Assembly: GCF_008079445.1 (NCBI RefSeq)
Contig: NZ_VRYH01000001.1
Span: 481,196 to 505,195 of the forward strand
DNA: 24,000 bases
Source of the DNA: Aidingimonas lacisalsi
GTDB taxonomy: Bacteria; Pseudomonadota; Gammaproteobacteria; Pseudomonadales; Halomonadaceae
Direction: 5' to 3'
Made by a program: the position numbers and the translations under genes. Positions 22,660 to 24,000 of the stretch are shown piece after piece. Position 1 is the first letter of the stretch; every line of letters begins with the position of its first letter. Under the pieces are notes generated by a model. The model ran no database searches. It had not been told where the DNA came from and worked only from the letters and a program-made list of their open reading frames with translations.

Positions 22660-24000
22660 CTACTTGCCGATGCAGAAACTGCCGAAGATTTCGCCGAGCA
22701 AGTCGTCAGCGCTGAACTCACCGGTAATTTCACCCAATGCCTGTTGTGCATCACGCAGATCTTCGGCGAGCAGCTCGCCGGCTCCATGGCCTGAAAGTTG
22801 ATCCTCACCGTTAGTGAGCGCTCGCTTGGCACGGTCGAGAGCATCCAGGTGCCGCCGGCGAGCCGAGAAACGGCCCTCCGGTGTGACGGAAAATCCCATC
22901 ACCGCCTTGAGATGCGCCTTCAGACTATCGATGCCCTCTCCCGTCTTGGCCGAGAGACGCAGGATCGGCGTGTTACCGGTGTCGTCGTATCCTGGCGGTT
23001 CTTGGGTCCCATCGATCTTGTTGCGGACCAGCGTCAATTGTTCGGGATCGGCGAGCCGTGCGACGAATGCTGGCCAGATCGTCATCGGGTCGGTGGCCTC
23101 GGTGGTGGTAGCATCGACCAGTAGGAGCACTCGGTCGGCCTTTTCAATCTCCGACCACGCTCGGGCGACGCCGATCTGCTCCACGGCGTCGGGCGTATCG
23201 CGTAATCCGGCGGTATCAATGACATGAAGTGGCATCCCATCGACATGAATATGCTCACGCAGTACATCGCGAGTCGTGCCTTCGACCGAGGTCACGATAG
23301 CGGTATCCTGCTCGGTGAGGGCATTGAGTAGACTCGATTTACCGGCGTTGGGACGGCCGGCAATCACCACGTTCATGCCTTCACGCATCAAAGCGCCCTG
23401 ACCCGCGGCCTCGCGTACACTGTCGAGTTCGCTCTGAACCCCGGAAAGCATGTTGGCCACGTTGCCATCGGCGAGAAAATCGATCTCTTCTTCTGGAAAA
23501 TCGATGGCGGCTTCGACATACATGCGTAGTTCGATCAGTCGCGTGACCAATGCCTCGACTCGGTGCGAGAACTCGCCCTGGAGTGAACGGACAGCGTTTT
23601 CAGCCGCGGCTCGGGAACTGGCTTCGATCAGATCGGCAATGGCCTCGGCTTGTGCCAGGTCCAGCTTGTCGTTGAGGAAGGCGCGCTCGGAAAATTCACC
23701 GGGTCGAGCCAGGCGAGCGCCGAGTTGTACACAACGTTCCAATAGCAAGTCCATGATGATTGGCCCACCATGACCCTGCAGTTCCAGGACGTCTTCACCG
23801 GTGAACGAGTTCGGTCCCACGAAATAGAGCGCGATGCCCTCATCGATGATCTCTTCTTTGCCTCGGAATCGCAAATAGTCCGCCTGACGTGGCGGTGGGC
23901 AGTAGCCCAGAATCGCTTTGGCTATTGCGCTGGCATCGGGGCCCGAGACGCGAATGATCCCGACACCGCCTCGTCCCGGTGGCGTAGCGAGTGCAGCGAT
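22660..24000 (-). CDS. mnmE: tRNA modification GTPase MnmE (TrmE); 5' end lies right of the window
   Basis: G-domain motifs [18 protein letters not shown] and NKID are present, and the C-terminus is FCIGK. The frame stays open to base 24000: the reverse complement of 23941-24000 gives [20 protein letters not shown], the conserved MnmE N-terminal region. The ATG at 23874 is therefore internal. Confidence 0.95.
   Translation of the reverse strand: MAALATPPGRGGVGIIRVSGPDASAIAKAILGYCPPPRQADYLRFRGKEEIIDEGIALYFVGPNSFTGEDVLELQGHGGPIIMDLLLERCVQLGARLARPGEFSERAFLNDKLDLAQAEAIADLIEASSRAAAENAVRSLQGEFSHRVEALVTRLIELRMYVEAAIDFPEEEIDFLADGNVANMLSGVQSELDSVREAAGQGALMREGMNVVIAGRPNAGKSSLLNALTEQDTAIVTSVEGTTRDVLREHIHVDGMPLHVIDTAGLRDTPDAVEQIGVARAWSEIEKADRVLLLVDATTTEATDPMTIWPAFVARLADPEQLTLVRNKIDGTQEPPGYDDTGNTPILRLSAKTGEGIDSLKAHLKAVMGFSVTPEGRFSARRRHLDALDRAKRALTNGEDQLSGHGAGELLAEDLRDAQQALGEITGEFSADDLLGEIFGSFCIGK

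Noticed and set aside
23872-23874. ATG at 23874 as the mnmE start.
   Set aside because: The frame remains open to the window edge and encodes the conserved MnmE N-terminal domain (..[16 protein letters not shown]..). The gene is therefore truncated by the window.
1-24000. Search for CRISPR arrays, tRNA/rRNA genes, IS elements, integrases, prophage or toxin-antitoxin/defence genes.
   Set aside because: No spaced direct repeats were seen. There are no transposase, integrase or nuclease-like ORFs and no cloverleaf-like segments in the spacers. All sizeable ORFs are accounted for by the features listed.

Overview
This looks like a gammaproteobacterial chromosomal window. It is probably origin-proximal, because mnmE runs off the right edge. 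Conserved housekeeping genes lie on both sides: thiD-thiE-hemL and an APH/P-loop kinase on the left, and rdgB-hemW, an OmpA-family lipoprotein, rlmJ and mnmE on the right. They bracket a ~14.8 kb accessory region (about 4403-19207) in which I see no transposase, integrase, tRNA or CRISPR. The accessory region contains three things. (i) A complete six-gene functional-amyloid (Fap-type) cluster in fapABCDEF order at 11341-16613, behind a near-consensus sigma-54 promoter. (ii) A second, much more divergent and more AT-rich Fap-like module at 4782-9035, also behind a sigma-54-type promoter. It has paralogs of the periplasmic C39 peptidase (FapD), of FapE and of the FapF outer-membrane barrel. Its main predicted cargo, however, is a 380-aa secreted Gly/Asp-rich low-complexity protein carrying one C-terminal Fap-type repeat, and its barrel gene is inverted. 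This module is my best candidate for an undescribed system. (iii) A regulator set made of two paralogous VpsR-like sigma-54 enhancer-binding proteins and a CsgD/VpsT-family LuxR regulator. One EBP has a variant GAFTDA loop and an AT-rich sensory-domain region. The LuxR regulator has a WISR motif at the position of the VpsT c-di-GMP-binding motif. Other observations are double-glycine-leader-like motifs inside FapE/FapA-like proteins, hairpin attenuators after both cargo genes, and a tight cluster of three DnaA boxes upstream of hemL. All functional calls come from reading the translations and motifs. No database search was run.
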